Origin: Myxococcota bacterium
GTDB lineage: Bacteria > Myxococcota_A > UBA9160 > JAFDDA01
Reading direction: 5' to 3'
DNA: 64,000 nt
Assembly: GCA_965228475.1 (NCBI GenBank)
Contig: OZ245817.1
Location: 4,864,001 to 4,928,000 of the forward strand
Shown here: positions 35,903 through 53,266 of the stretch, piece by piece
Position numbering within the stretch: the stretch's first letter is position 1
Layout of the letters: every line of letters starts with the position of its first letter
Translations under genes and position numbers: made by a program
Notes under the pieces: generated by a model
Seen by the model: only the letters and a program-made list of their open reading frames with translations
What the model was told of the DNA's origin: nothing
Databases searched by the model: none

Positions 35903-36976
35903 ATGAGAGTCGCGTCTCTGGCGCTGATCGCCTCGTTGACGGCCTTCGCGGTCCCCTCGAGCGGATCAGCGGAAACGGGCCGCTTCGAGATCCACGAGGC
36001 GTGCGCCACCGGCGCGGGCTGCTTCCCGGGAGATTCGGGTGGCTACCCGGTCACGATCCTGAACCCCGGAAGCTACGTCCTCACGAGCAACCTCTCGGCG
36101 CCCGATCTCCATACCGACGTGATCCAGGTGAACCTGTTCGGCCGAGGGGTCGACGTCGATCTCAACGGATTTCGCATCGGCGGGCCGCCGTTGGCCTACC
36201 GTAACCCGGGAACGGGGCACGGCGTTTCCGTCGCGCCGACGGCCGAAGCGAACGTCTCGAACGGAACCATCCGCGGGGTCGGCGGCTCGGGCGTGACCGG
36301 CGGGCCTGGAACCCGGGTCGAGAACGTGCTCATCGTCGGCGTGGGCCGGTCGGGCGTCGAAGGCTCCGTCGGCTACGTCGGCGACGCCACGCTGGCCGCG
36401 AACGTCGGCTATGGCCTCGATCTCGATGCTGGCGCGACCACGGCGATGGCCCGGACCGTGATACGTGGCAACAACCTCGGCTCCTTCGGCACCGATGGGG
36501 TCGTGGTCGAGCTCGGTGGCAACGGCTGTGAAGACTCGCGCTGCGACTCGATGGGCCGAAAGAAGTTCTACCTGACGACGGAGTTCTTCCGGGCCTTCGA
36601 GGCGCCGGGTGCCTGCGACGAGGGCTTCCACATGGCGTCGCTCTTCGAAATGATCGACCCCTCGGACCTCGTCTACGATGTCGGCCGCGGGACCGTCCAG
36701 GCGGACAGCGGCCTGGGGCCTCCTACCGGATCGCTCACGCTCAACCTGGGCTGGGTCCGGACCGGCTACTCCGCCAACCGGGTCGGGGACGACGGCCGTG
36801 GCAACTGTGAGGCGTACGCCGACCCGATGCCGGGCTTCTCGGACGTCGGAAGCGTCGTTTCGCTCCAGCCCTTCCTCGGTGCCGCCCGTGCGGTCTCCCC
36901 CTGGAGTACCTCGGGCGGCGGGCCCCCCGACGCCGAATGCTACGCGGACAATCGCGTCTGGTGCGTCCAGGACTAG
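35903..36976 (+). CDS. Secreted hypothetical protein, paralog 2
   Basis: Colinear similarity to the upstream gene; ends VWCVQD. Confidence 0.75.
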   Translation: MRVASLALIASLTAFAVPSSGSAETGRFEIHEACATGAGCFPGDSGGYPVTILNPGSYVLTSNLSAPDLHTDVIQVNLFGRGVDVDLNGFRIGGPPLAYRNPGTGHGVSVAPTAEANVSNGTIRGVGGSGVTGGPGTRVENVLIVGVGRSGVEGSVGYVGDATLAANVGYGLDLDAGATTAMARTVIRGNNLGSFGTDGVVVELGGNGCEDSRCDSMGRKKFYLTTEFFRAFEAPGACDEGFHMASLFEMIDPSDLVYDVGRGTVQADSGLGPPTGSLTLNLGWVRTGYSANRVGDDGRGNCEAYADPMPGFSDVGSVVSLQPFLGAARAVSPWSTSGGGPPDAECYADNRVWCVQD

Positions 36977-37071
36977 GCGGCATCCGAGAACGCCGGTAAA
37001 CAAGCAAAAATTCAATAACTCCCAGCCTTTACGCCAACTTCCGCTTGGATTACCCTCCCGGCCGGGCCTGA

Positions 37072-39558
<2,487 letters not shown>

Positions 39559-39580
39559 CGGCGGCGCAACCAAGGCGACC

Positions 39581-42154
<2,574 letters not shown>

Positions 42155-42243
42155 GCGAACCAGATTGAACGGACGCGAAGCCACCGCCGGCTGAGCGACC
42201 GGTAGAGGACGCCGCCGCCGATCGCGCGGCGGCGGGGGTTTGC

Positions 42244-43539
42244 ATGGCGCTTTCCCGATCGAAGAAACTCTTCAGCCGAGCGCGGCGCTCGATCCCCGGC
42301 GGGGTGAACAGCCCGGTGCGCGCCTACGGCTCCGTCGGCGGGACCCCTCCGTTCATCGAGCGCGGCAAGGGCGCCCGCCTCTGGGACGTCGACGGCAACG
42401 AGTACATCGACTTCGTCGGCTCCTGGGGGCCGCTGATCGTCGGCCACGCGAACCCGGGCATCCTGCGCGCGGTCCGCGAAGCCATGAAGAACGGCACGAG
42501 CTTCGGCGCGCCGACCGAACTCGAGGTGGAGCTCGCCGAGGCGATCTGCCGCGCCCTGCCCTCCGTCGACCGCGTCCGGATGGTGAGCTCCGGCACCGAA
42601 GCGGCGATGTCCGCGATCCGACTCGCCCGCGGCGCCACCGGCCGCGACCGCATCCTGAAGTTCGACGGCTGCTACCACGGCCACGTCGATTCGCTCCTGG
42701 TCGGCGCCGGGAGCGGCGTCGCCACGCTCGGCATCCCCGGCTCACCCGGCGTCCCCGCGGCCATGACCGAGCTCACGGTCCAGGCGCCCTTCAACGACCT
42801 CGAGGCCGTGGAGTCGGCCTTCCGCCGCTGGCCGGGCGAGATCGCGGCCGTCCTGGTCGAGCCGGTGGCCGGGAACATGGGCTGCATTCCCCCGGAGCCG
42901 GGCTTCCTCGCCGGGCTTCGCGCGCTCTGCACCGAGCACGGCGCCCTGCTCGTCTTCGACGAGGTGATGACCGGCTTCCGCGTGGCCTGGGGCGGTGCCC
43001 AGCGCCACTACCGGGTGAAGCCCGATCTGACCTGCCTCGGGAAGGTCGTCGGGGGCGGCATGCCCGCCGCGGCCTACGGCGGCCGCCGGGACCTGATGGC
43101 CCAGATCGCCCCGGACGGCCCCGTCTACCAGGCCGGGACCCTCTCCGGGAACCCGCTGGCGATGGCGGCGGGGCTCGAGACCCTGAACCAGCTCCAGGCC
43201 CCCGGGGCCTACAAGGCCCTGGCGGCCCACTCCCGGACCCTCGCCGAGGGGCTCGACGGCCTCGCCCGGGAGATCGGCGTCGAGTTCTCGACGGCCCACG
43301 TCGGCGGCATGTTCGGGTTCTTCTTCCACCCCGGCCCGGTGCGGAGCTTCGAGGACGCGAAGAAGGCCCACATCGGCCGCTTCCAGAAGTTCTTCGCCTC
43401 CATGCTCGAGCAGGGGGTCTACCTGGCCCCGTCCGCGTTCGAGGCCGGCTTCACCTCCCTGGCCCACCGCCCCCGCGACCTCTCCCGGACCCTCGAGGCC
43501 GCCGAAGTGGCCCTCCGGAAGGCCGCCCGTGTCCGCTGA
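42244..43539 (+). CDS. hemL: Glutamate-1-semialdehyde 2,1-aminomutase
   Basis: [33 protein letters not shown]. Confidence 0.97.
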   Translation: MALSRSKKLFSRARRSIPGGVNSPVRAYGSVGGTPPFIERGKGARLWDVDGNEYIDFVGSWGPLIVGHANPGILRAVREAMKNGTSFGAPTELEVELAEAICRALPSVDRVRMVSSGTEAAMSAIRLARGATGRDRILKFDGCYHGHVDSLLVGAGSGVATLGIPGSPGVPAAMTELTVQAPFNDLEAVESAFRRWPGEIAAVLVEPVAGNMGCIPPEPGFLAGLRALCTEHGALLVFDEVMTGFRVAWGGAQRHYRVKPDLTCLGKVVGGGMPAAAYGGRRDLMAQIAPDGPVYQAGTLSGNPLAMAAGLETLNQLQAPGAYKALAAHSRTLAEGLDGLAREIGVEFSTAHVGGMFGFFFHPGPVRSFEDAKKAHIGRFQKFFASMLEQGVYLAPSAFEAGFTSLAHRPRDLSRTLEAAEVALRKAARVR

Positions 43540-43547
43540 CCCCGGCC

Positions 43548-43607
43548 CTCGGACCCGCCCGTGTGTGCCCGAATCTTGCTGGGGGGCTCGGACCCGCCCG
43601 TGTGTGC
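43548..43607. repeat. 21-bp direct repeat pair, intergenic
   Basis: ctcggacccgcccgtgtgtgc at 43548 and 43587. Confidence 0.85.
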
Positions 43608-43685
43608 AGAGCTTTCGTTGAGCGCGGCCCGGCGACGGGCTAGTGTCTCCGCGCCTGCAGCGCCCGCGGAGCGAGCGCCTGCGGC

Positions 43686-43979
43686 ATGAATCGCAACACC
43701 GAGAAACTCGACGGCGAGAGCGGTCGGAACGAACCCAACCCGCCGAGGCGATCGACGCGGCGGATGGGCCGGGCCTACCAGGCTGCTTTCGAAGCGGTCA
43801 TCGCGGTGGTGGTGGCGGGAGCCGCCGGCGGTTGGGCCGACCAGCGCTTCGGAACGGAACCGTTCCTGCTGCTGGCCGGCGTGATCTTGGGTTTCGGAAC
43901 CTTCGTCCTGCGGCTGGTGCGGCTCATGAACGAGCTGGCGCCGAAGTCCGAAGGTGAAGACGACGAAGCGAAGAAGTAG
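43686..43979 (+). CDS. AtpZ/AtpI family protein
   Basis: GGWADQRFGTEP with two TM helices, upstream of atpB. Confidence 0.85.
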   Translation: MNRNTEKLDGESGRNEPNPPRRSTRRMGRAYQAAFEAVIAVVVAGAAGGWADQRFGTEPFLLLAGVILGFGTFVLRLVRLMNELAPKSEGEDDEAKK

Positions 43980-43994
43980 GGGAACGAGCGAAGC

Positions 43995-44450
43995 GTGGGT
44001 CTCGACCGCACGGAACAGCTGAACTGGACGATCGCCGGCGGCGCGCTGGCGACCTCGGCCGCATTGGCTCCGGCGCCGTTCACCCTGAGCATGGCCCTCG
44101 GCGTCGCCCTCGAGGCGGTGAACTACCGCGCCCTGCGGCGCTCGACCGAGCTCTTCTTCAGCGGCCAGCTCCAGGGCTCGAAGGCGTGGAGCGCCGGGTT
44201 CGGCATGCGCTTCGCCTTCCTGGCCCTCGCCATGACCGTGGCGATCGGAGCCGGCGTGCACCCCGTCGGCCTGGTGATCGGCCTTTCGACGATCGTTCCG
44301 GCGGTCGTGATCGCCGCCCTCGGCAAACGACCGACCAACAACTACGCCGCCGTTCCGGGCCCGGGCCCCGACGACCCGAGCTGGGACGAGTGGAATGCGT
44401 GGACGGCCAGCGAGCGCACGCCCACGGACGACGAGGAAGAAGACCGTTGA
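43995..44450 (+). CDS. ATP synthase subunit I-like membrane protein
   Basis: Four hydrophobic helices; operon position. Confidence 0.75.
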   Translation: MGLDRTEQLNWTIAGGALATSAALAPAPFTLSMALGVALEAVNYRALRRSTELFFSGQLQGSKAWSAGFGMRFAFLALAMTVAIGAGVHPVGLVIGLSTIVPAVVIAALGKRPTNNYAAVPGPGPDDPSWDEWNAWTASERTPTDDEEEDR

Positions 44451-45142
44451 GCATCTACGACCCGCTCATTCACGCCGGCATTGCCCGCGTCTTCCAGGCT
44501 GCCCTGCTGGTTTCGCTCCTGATCGTGGGTCTCGGCTTCATCGTCCGGCGCCAGCTCGCCGCGGCCAACGGCGGCATCATCCCCGACGAGGGCGTCACGG
44601 TCCGCAACGTGGTCGAGCTGATCGTCGACGGCCTCGCCGGCCTCGCGCGCGAGAACATGGGCGAGGACTGGCGCCGCTGGTTCCCCCTCGTCGGCACGAT
44701 CTTCTTCTTCATCCTGATCTCGAACCTGCTCGGCCTCGTCCCCGCCGTCGGCGGCCCGACCGACAACGTGAACACCACCGCCGGATGGGCGCTCCTCTCG
44801 GTGCTCGTCTCCGAGTACGCGGGCCTGCGCAAGCACGGCATGAAGTACGTGGACCACTTCCTCGGGCCGCGCTTCGGCAAGAGCCACTTCCCGGCGCTCT
44901 TCTTCATCTTCATTCCGCTCGAGCTGATCGGCCACGTCGCGCGCGTCGTGACCCTGGCGATCCGGCTGCTTGCGAACATGTTCGCAGACCACACCCTGGT
45001 CATCATCTTCCTGGGGCTCGTGCCGATCGCCATCCCGGCGATCTTCCTCGGCCTCGGAGCCATGGTTTCCATTCTTCAGGCCTTCGTGTTCGCGTTGCTC
45101 ACGATGGTCTACATCGGCTTGAACATCGAAGACGCGCATTAG
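44447..45142 (+). CDS. atpB: ATP synthase F0 subunit a
   Basis: SNLLGLVP, LAIRLLANMFA, QAFVFALL; TTG start overlapping the upstream stop. Confidence 0.95.
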   Translation: MSIYDPLIHAGIARVFQAALLVSLLIVGLGFIVRRQLAAANGGIIPDEGVTVRNVVELIVDGLAGLARENMGEDWRRWFPLVGTIFFFILISNLLGLVPAVGGPTDNVNTTAGWALLSVLVSEYAGLRKHGMKYVDHFLGPRFGKSHFPALFFIFIPLELIGHVARVVTLAIRLLANMFADHTLVIIFLGLVPIAIPAIFLGLGAMVSILQAFVFALLTMVYIGLNIEDAH

Positions 45143-45186
45143 CTCGTCGGGTTCGGTCAAGACACAACAAGGAGAGACATTCCGTC

Positions 45187-45504
45187 ATGCGCAACCTCGC
45201 CAAGATCTTCGCCTGGGCCCTCGTGGGCGTTCTTCTTCCCGCCGTCGCTTCGGCTGCCGACCCGGCCGCCGCGGGTGATTCGAGCTGGGGCTATGCCCTC
45301 GGCGCCGGCCTCGCCATCGGCCTCGCCGGTCTCGGCTGCGGCATCGGCCAGGGCCTGACCGCGGGCAACACCACCGCCGGCATCGCCCGCAACCCCGGCG
45401 CCGCGGGCGACATGAACACGCCCTTCATCCTCGGGATGGTGCTCATCGAGTCCATCGCGATCTACGGTCTGCTGATCGGCCTGCTGCTGGTGTTCAAGTT
45501 CTAA
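45187..45504 (+). CDS. atpE: ATP synthase F0 subunit c
   Basis: GIGQG, ARNP, IESIAIY. Confidence 0.95.
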   Translation: MRNLAKIFAWALVGVLLPAVASAADPAAAGDSSWGYALGAGLAIGLAGLGCGIGQGLTAGNTTAGIARNPGAAGDMNTPFILGMVLIESIAIYGLLIGLLLVFKF

Positions 45505-45526
45505 GCTCCCGCACAAGCACCGACCG

Positions 45527-45568
45527 AAGACGCCTCCGTCGCTCCGCGCCGGGGGCGTCTTGCTTTTC
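45527..45568 (+). terminator. Probable intrinsic terminator after atpE
   Basis: aagacgcctcc...gggggcgtctt hairpin followed by gctttt. Confidence 0.6.
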
Positions 45569-45870
45569 CGCCCCTGCCGTTCCGAGGAGGTCCCGGGTGG
45601 AAGTCATCGGCGCGGCCTCACCCCGTTCGTAAATTCCGCACCGACAAACCAGACCCCCACCCGGGCGCCTCGGACCCACCGCACCCCCGGTCCCGTTAGA
45701 GGGGTGTTGGGCGGGCGACGCCAACGCGTCTTGCTCCGTCGAGAGAGCAACCCGCATGCCAGGCCTGGGGTCGGGAAGGGTTCGCCGGGAAGTCCGCCGA
45801 TCGCCTAGTGTTTCGCGTCGATCGCGCCCGGCCCGCTCGCCGCGGGAGGACGGCGCGGCACGGAGGGCGT

Positions 45871-46473
45871 GTGAATCCAGGGTTCCTGATCGCGTTGGAG
45901 GGGGTGGACGGCAGCGGGAAGAGCACCGCCGCCGCGGGCATCGCCCGCGGGCTGCGAAGCGACGGCCACGAGGTCGTCGAGACCCGCGAACCCACCGACG
46001 GCCCCTACGGCCGCCGCATCCGCGAGATGGCGCGCTCCGGCGAGACCGTCGCCCCCGAGGAGGAGCTCCGCTGGTTCCTCGAGGATCGAAGCGAACATGT
46101 TCGCAAAGTGATCCAACCCGCCGTGGATGAAGGGAAAGTCGTGATCACGGATCGCTACTTCCTCTCCACGGTGGCCTACCAGGGCGCGCGCGGCCTCGAC
46201 TGGCATGCGCTGCTCGAGGAGGCGGAGGCCCGTTTCCCCATCCCGGAACTCGCACTGATCTTCGAGATCGACCCGTTGGCGGGGCTCGCGCGCACGGCGG
46301 CGCGGGGGGGCGTCGCCGAACCGGCCTTCGAGGAGGCGACCTTCCTCTCCCGGGTGGCCGCGGTCTACGAAGCGATCGACCGGCCCTGGGTCGCCCGCAT
46401 CGATGCCTCGGCCGCGCCGGACGAGGTCGTCGAGGCGAGCCTCGCCGTCATCCGGGAGCGCTGTCCGAACTGA
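45871..46473 (+). CDS. tmk: Thymidylate kinase
   Basis: EGVDGSGKST, TREP, DRYFLS. Confidence 0.95.
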   Translation: MNPGFLIALEGVDGSGKSTAAAGIARGLRSDGHEVVETREPTDGPYGRRIREMARSGETVAPEEELRWFLEDRSEHVRKVIQPAVDEGKVVITDRYFLSTVAYQGARGLDWHALLEEAEARFPIPELALIFEIDPLAGLARTAARGGVAEPAFEEATFLSRVAAVYEAIDRPWVARIDASAAPDEVVEASLAVIRERCPN

Positions 46474-46479
46474 GAGCGC

Positions 46480-46893
46480 CTAGTAGTTGGCCGCGCGGCC
46501 GACGCCCTGGCGGGTCGCCGAGATCGGGATCCGCAGCGGGCGGCCGCCGAGGCTGCGTGCGACCTCGGGGCAGAAGCGCCAGGTCGAGATGGTCTCGAGG
46601 ATCTGCCGGCTCGGGATGCCGGCGGGGCTCGAGGATTCGATCCGCGGGCGCAGGACGTAGCCGTTCGAGTCGAGCGGAGCGCTGACCACCATGCGGAAGT
46701 TCGGGATGTCGCCGACCCAGTCGTCGATGCGCAGGGCATCGCCTTCGATCGGGTTGCGGAGCTCCGTGGGCGTCAGGGTCGGGCACTCGCTGACGTCGCG
46801 CTGCGGGAAGCCGTCGGAGACGCAGCCGAGGAGCGGGAGCAGAGCGAGCAGCGCGGGGAGCGCAAGGAAGTGGCAGAAGGGGCGGGAAGACAC
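46480..46893 (-). CDS. Hypothetical lipoprotein (start uncertain)
   Basis: Hydrophobic leader ending in an LLGC lipobox. Confidence 0.55.
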   Translation of the reverse strand: MSSRPFCHFLALPALLALLPLLGCVSDGFPQRDVSECPTLTPTELRNPIEGDALRIDDWVGDIPNFRMVVSAPLDSNGYVLRPRIESSSPAGIPSRQILETISTWRFCPEVARSLGGRPLRIPISATRQGVGRAANY

Positions 46894-46911
46894 AGCGAGA
46901 ACCTCCAAAAC

Positions 46912-46949
46912 CGGGCCGGGGGCAAAGCGGGCCGGGGGCAAAGCGGGCC
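46912..46949. repeat. 16-bp tandem repeat
   Basis: cgggccgggggcaaag x2 plus a partial third copy. Confidence 0.85.
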
Positions 46950-47039
46950 TGGGGCTACGGCGGGCCGAAACGTAGCGCAGCCCGCGTTTTCCCCGCCGCC
47001 CCGAGCTGACGGCACCGTACATTCGATGTACATACAGGC

Positions 47040-48587
47040 ATGGCCCTCACCCGCGGCGCCGAGCGGCAGGCCCTCGAGGCCTTCGCCGCGCTGACCGACG
47101 GCAATCCGTTCCTCGCCGGCCGGCCCGAAGCCGAACGGGCCGTACTCGGGCGGAGCTTCGTCGCGACCAGCGCGGTCTGGCACGCCGAGGCGACCCTCCA
47201 CGGCCTGAACCCGAACCTGCCGAAGCTCGCCGAGCGCGCTGAGGCGCTGGCCGAGACGCTCCGCGAGCGCCTCGCCTCGGGCACGCGCGCCGAGGCGGCC
47301 GAGCTACGGAACTACGAGGCGCTGGTCCGCTACGTCCTCTATGCCCGCTTCGAAGCGGAGTTCCTCCGCTTGATCCACCGCTCGGCGGAAGGCAAGAAGA
47401 CGACCGGGCGCATCGGCGTCTACGCGGAGTTCGCGCGGGCCTTCGAGCACTTCCTGGTCTTCGGCGGTGAGGCGATCGAGGGCAGCGGCGGCGCGGCGGA
47501 CGTCTTCGCCTGGGGCTACCAGATCCGCCGCGCCTTCCACCACACCTACCGGCAGATCCACGGAGGCTCGATGCCCGCGGCCCGTCTGCGGGCGGCCGTC
47601 TGGCAGAGCATCTTCACGCGCGACGTCACGCGCTACCGGCGCACCCTCGCCGGGCGCATGAACGACATCCCGACCCTCGTCACGGGGGCGTCCGGCACGG
47701 GCAAGGAGCTCGTCGCCCGGGCGATCGGGCTCTCGGGTTGGATCCCCTTCGACGAGGCGAGCGAGAGCTTCGTCGCCGAGTTCGGCGACGCCTTCCATGC
47801 GGTGAACCTCTCGGCGCTCTCGCCGACCTTGATCGAGTCCGAACTCTTCGGCCACCGGCGCGGCGCCTTCACGGGTGCGATCGAGGACCGGACGGGTTGG
47901 CTCGAGACCTGCCCCGAGCACGGCACGGTCTTCCTGGACGAGATCGGCGAGCTCGACGCCGGCATCCAGGTGAAGCTCCTGCGCGTGCTCCAGGCGCGGA
48001 CTTTCCAGCGCATCGGCGAGACCCGCGAGCGCGAATTCCGCGGCAAGATCGTCGCGGCGACGAATCGCGATCTGGCCCGAGAGCTCTCCGAGGGGCGTTT
48101 CCGGCCCGATTTCTACTGGCGCCTCTGTGCGGACCGCATCCACACACCGAACCTCGCGGCCCTGCTCTCGGACTCCCGCGAAGACCTCCGCAGCCTCGTC
48201 GACGTGCTCGCGCGGCGCATCGTCGGCGAAGAGGAAGTGCCGGCCCTCGCGGACGAAGTCGAGGCTTGGATCGACCGGAACCTCGGGGCCGGGTACCCGT
48301 GGCCCGGAAACGTACGGGAGCTCGAGCAGTGTGTCCGGAGCATCCTCGTGCGCGGCGAGTACGTTCCACCCGCGCACGCCGCGCCGCCCGGAGACCTCGA
48401 CGCCGCACTGCGCGCTTGCGAGCTCTCCTCGGAAGATCTCGCGCGGCGCCACGCCACCCACGTCTACGCCCGCACTGGAAGCTACGAGGAAGCCGCGCGC
48501 CGGCTCGGGATCGACCGGCGCACGGTGAAGGCGCGCATCGACCGCGCCCTCCTCGACTCCCTCGCAGCGACTCCGCGCGCCGACTAG
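47040..48587 (+). CDS. Sigma54-dependent enhancer-binding protein
   Basis: GASGTGKE, ESELFGH..GAFTGA, FLDEIGE, WPGNVREL, C-terminal HTH. Confidence 0.92.
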   Translation: MALTRGAERQALEAFAALTDGNPFLAGRPEAERAVLGRSFVATSAVWHAEATLHGLNPNLPKLAERAEALAETLRERLASGTRAEAAELRNYEALVRYVLYARFEAEFLRLIHRSAEGKKTTGRIGVYAEFARAFEHFLVFGGEAIEGSGGAADVFAWGYQIRRAFHHTYRQIHGGSMPAARLRAAVWQSIFTRDVTRYRRTLAGRMNDIPTLVTGASGTGKELVARAIGLSGWIPFDEASESFVAEFGDAFHAVNLSALSPTLIESELFGHRRGAFTGAIEDRTGWLETCPEHGTVFLDEIGELDAGIQVKLLRVLQARTFQRIGETREREFRGKIVAATNRDLARELSEGRFRPDFYWRLCADRIHTPNLAALLSDSREDLRSLVDVLARRIVGEEEVPALADEVEAWIDRNLGAGYPWPGNVRELEQCVRSILVRGEYVPPAHAAPPGDLDAALRACELSSEDLARRHATHVYARTGSYEEAARRLGIDRRTVKARIDRALLDSLAATPRAD

Positions 48588-49153
48588 CCGCGCGCCGTTT
48601 CGGACTGGAGATCGATGGCGTGCCAGAGGGTCGGCACGTCGCTCTTCCACTCGCGCAGCACGAGCGTGATGCCGATCTCTTCGATCGCTTCGTAGACGAG
48701 AGCCACCACGGCCAGGTGGAACGGCCAGGCCGGCCCGCCGGCGAAGAGCAGGAGCATGCCGATCCCCATCAGCACCGAAGTGCCCTTGGCCGCCCACGTG
48801 TGGTAGCTCGTCAGCCGCCCGAACTTCAGGAAGCCGGCGCCGATCGGCACCACGAACGCGGCGATTGCCACGAACAGGTAGCCGGCCTCGCGCTGCAGCA
48901 GATCCGGGAACAGCCACCAGGCGAACAGCGGGAGCGTCGCGTAGAGCAGGAGGTCGGCGCGGCTGTCGAGCTTGGCGCCGCGCTCGCTCTGGCAGCCGTA
49001 GCGCCGCGCGATGAAGCCGTCGGCGACGTCGGTCGCGAGCGTGAGGACCAGGCCGGTCAGGTAGACGCCCGTGGCGCCCGCCCAGGCCAGTCCGCCCAGC
49101 ACGGGCACGGCGAGGATGCGGAGCATCGAGAGCAGGTTGGGAATGCGTTCCAT
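48584..49153 (-). CDS. CDP-alcohol phosphatidyltransferase family protein
   Basis: IPNLLS..R, DVADGFIARR...GAKLDSRAD. Confidence 0.9.
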   Translation of the reverse strand: MERIPNLLSMLRILAVPVLGGLAWAGATGVYLTGLVLTLATDVADGFIARRYGCQSERGAKLDSRADLLLYATLPLFAWWLFPDLLQREAGYLFVAIAAFVVPIGAGFLKFGRLTSYHTWAAKGTSVLMGIGMLLLFAGGPAWPFHLAVVALVYEAIEEIGITLVLREWKSDVPTLWHAIDLQSETARG

Positions 49154-49187
49154 GGCAAGGGCTCCTTTCGGGTTCCACGGAGAACAT

Positions 49188-49203
49188 TGCCAGGGGCGTG
49201 CCA
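49188..49203 (-). promoter_or_regulatory. Sigma54 (-24/-12) promoter
   Basis: Minus-strand TGGCACG-cccc-TGGCA about 35 bp upstream of the ATG at 49153. Confidence 0.7.
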
Positions 49204-49326
49204 AGAGGCCTCTTCTCGAAAACATCAGTGAAATCAGTTGTTTGAGGGGTGCGCCTCCGATCCGTGGGCAACCGAAAGAATGGCAATCGATGTATGACAT
49301 GTACCTGGAATGTACTCAGCCGGTGT

Positions 49327-50403
49327 TCAGGCGGGGCGTTCTTCGAGCCCGAGCGTCTGCGCGACCTCGATCCCGCCGGCCTTCGCCATCGCTGCATCGA
49401 GGCGGATGCCCGTGCCGTCGGCCACGCGGTTGATGCCGTCGAAGGCGGCCACGACCGCCGCCGCGTGGGCCGCGCCTTCCGCGCCGACCGCTTCGGTGCA
49501 CGCCGCCCTCGCTCCCGCCAGATCCTCGCCGTCGACGAGGATCGCCCGGGCGAACCGGCGCAGGACGGCGCCGGCCGGCACCCCGCCGTCGGGGTCCTCC
49601 GCGGTGTCGTTCGCGACGCGCACGTCGAGCGCGCTGCCCTCGGCCAGCCCGCTCACCCGGAGCAGGTTCGCGTGCGAGACCGTTCAGTAGAAGCACTCGT
49701 TGATGGAAGAGGTGGACGCGGCGAGGAGCTCCACCTGCGGGCGCGAGAGGCTGCCCTTCGTTTCCCCGTGCGTGTGATACGCGGTCGAGAACACGCGGAA
49801 GAAGGTCTGCATCGCGTCGGGCACCGAGGTCAGGGCGCGGGCGACGTGGAAGACGAAGCCGGCGTCGGCGGCGATGCGCTGGTAGAGCATCCCGGTCATG
49901 CCTTCGGCCTGCTCCGGGTCGACCGTGGGCGCCCAGGCGCAGGAAGTCTCGAGGCCCCTCTGGCGCGCCCGGCTCGGACTCCCGGCGACGGCCGCCGGGA
50001 GCGCCCGTTCCGCGGCGCCGAGCGCCCGGTCGTGGGAGTCGATCATGGCGACCGTCGCCACGACGGCGACCAGCTCCACCGCGGCCTCGGGCTCGAGCCC
50101 GCTCGCCACGAGATCGTCGAACCAGCGCTGGGTGATCCGGCCGGGGTCCGTCGCGAGCCGGTGGACCGCATCGACCGCGGCGGCTTCGAGCACGGCGCCC
50201 GCAACGTGGCCGGCATCGACGGCGTAGGGGGAGAGCGCGGCCTTGCGTTCGGCGCAGCCCGTGCAGGCGTGGGCGGCCCGCGCCTCCTGCGCCATGGCCA
50301 GGCGCTCGGCCCCCGTCCACCAGGTGCCGGCGCGGCCGAGCTCGCGCCAGCTCTCTTCGACGGCGGCGGGAAGCGCGGCGAGCGGTTCGAGCGAACTCGA
50401 CAT
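49327..50403 (-). CDS. AhpD-like/CMD protein, probable selenoprotein (in-frame TGA at 49684-49686)
   Basis: Two track ORFs are in frame across TGA: NECFY*TVSHANLLR (CxxUxxxH); hairpin 17 nt downstream of the TGA. Confidence 0.75.
49648..49666 (-). other. SECIS-like hairpin
   Basis: cctgctc-cgggt-gagcggg with a G-containing apical loop. Confidence 0.6.
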
Positions 50404-50412
50404 GGCCCTACC

Positions 50413-53238
<2,826 letters not shown>

Positions 53239-53266
53239 GGCGGCCCGGCCCCGGGTGGCGGCGGCG

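Noticed and set aside
43548..46949. Short repeats as a CRISPR array
   Set aside because: Only two copies each, no spacer series and no cas genes in the window.
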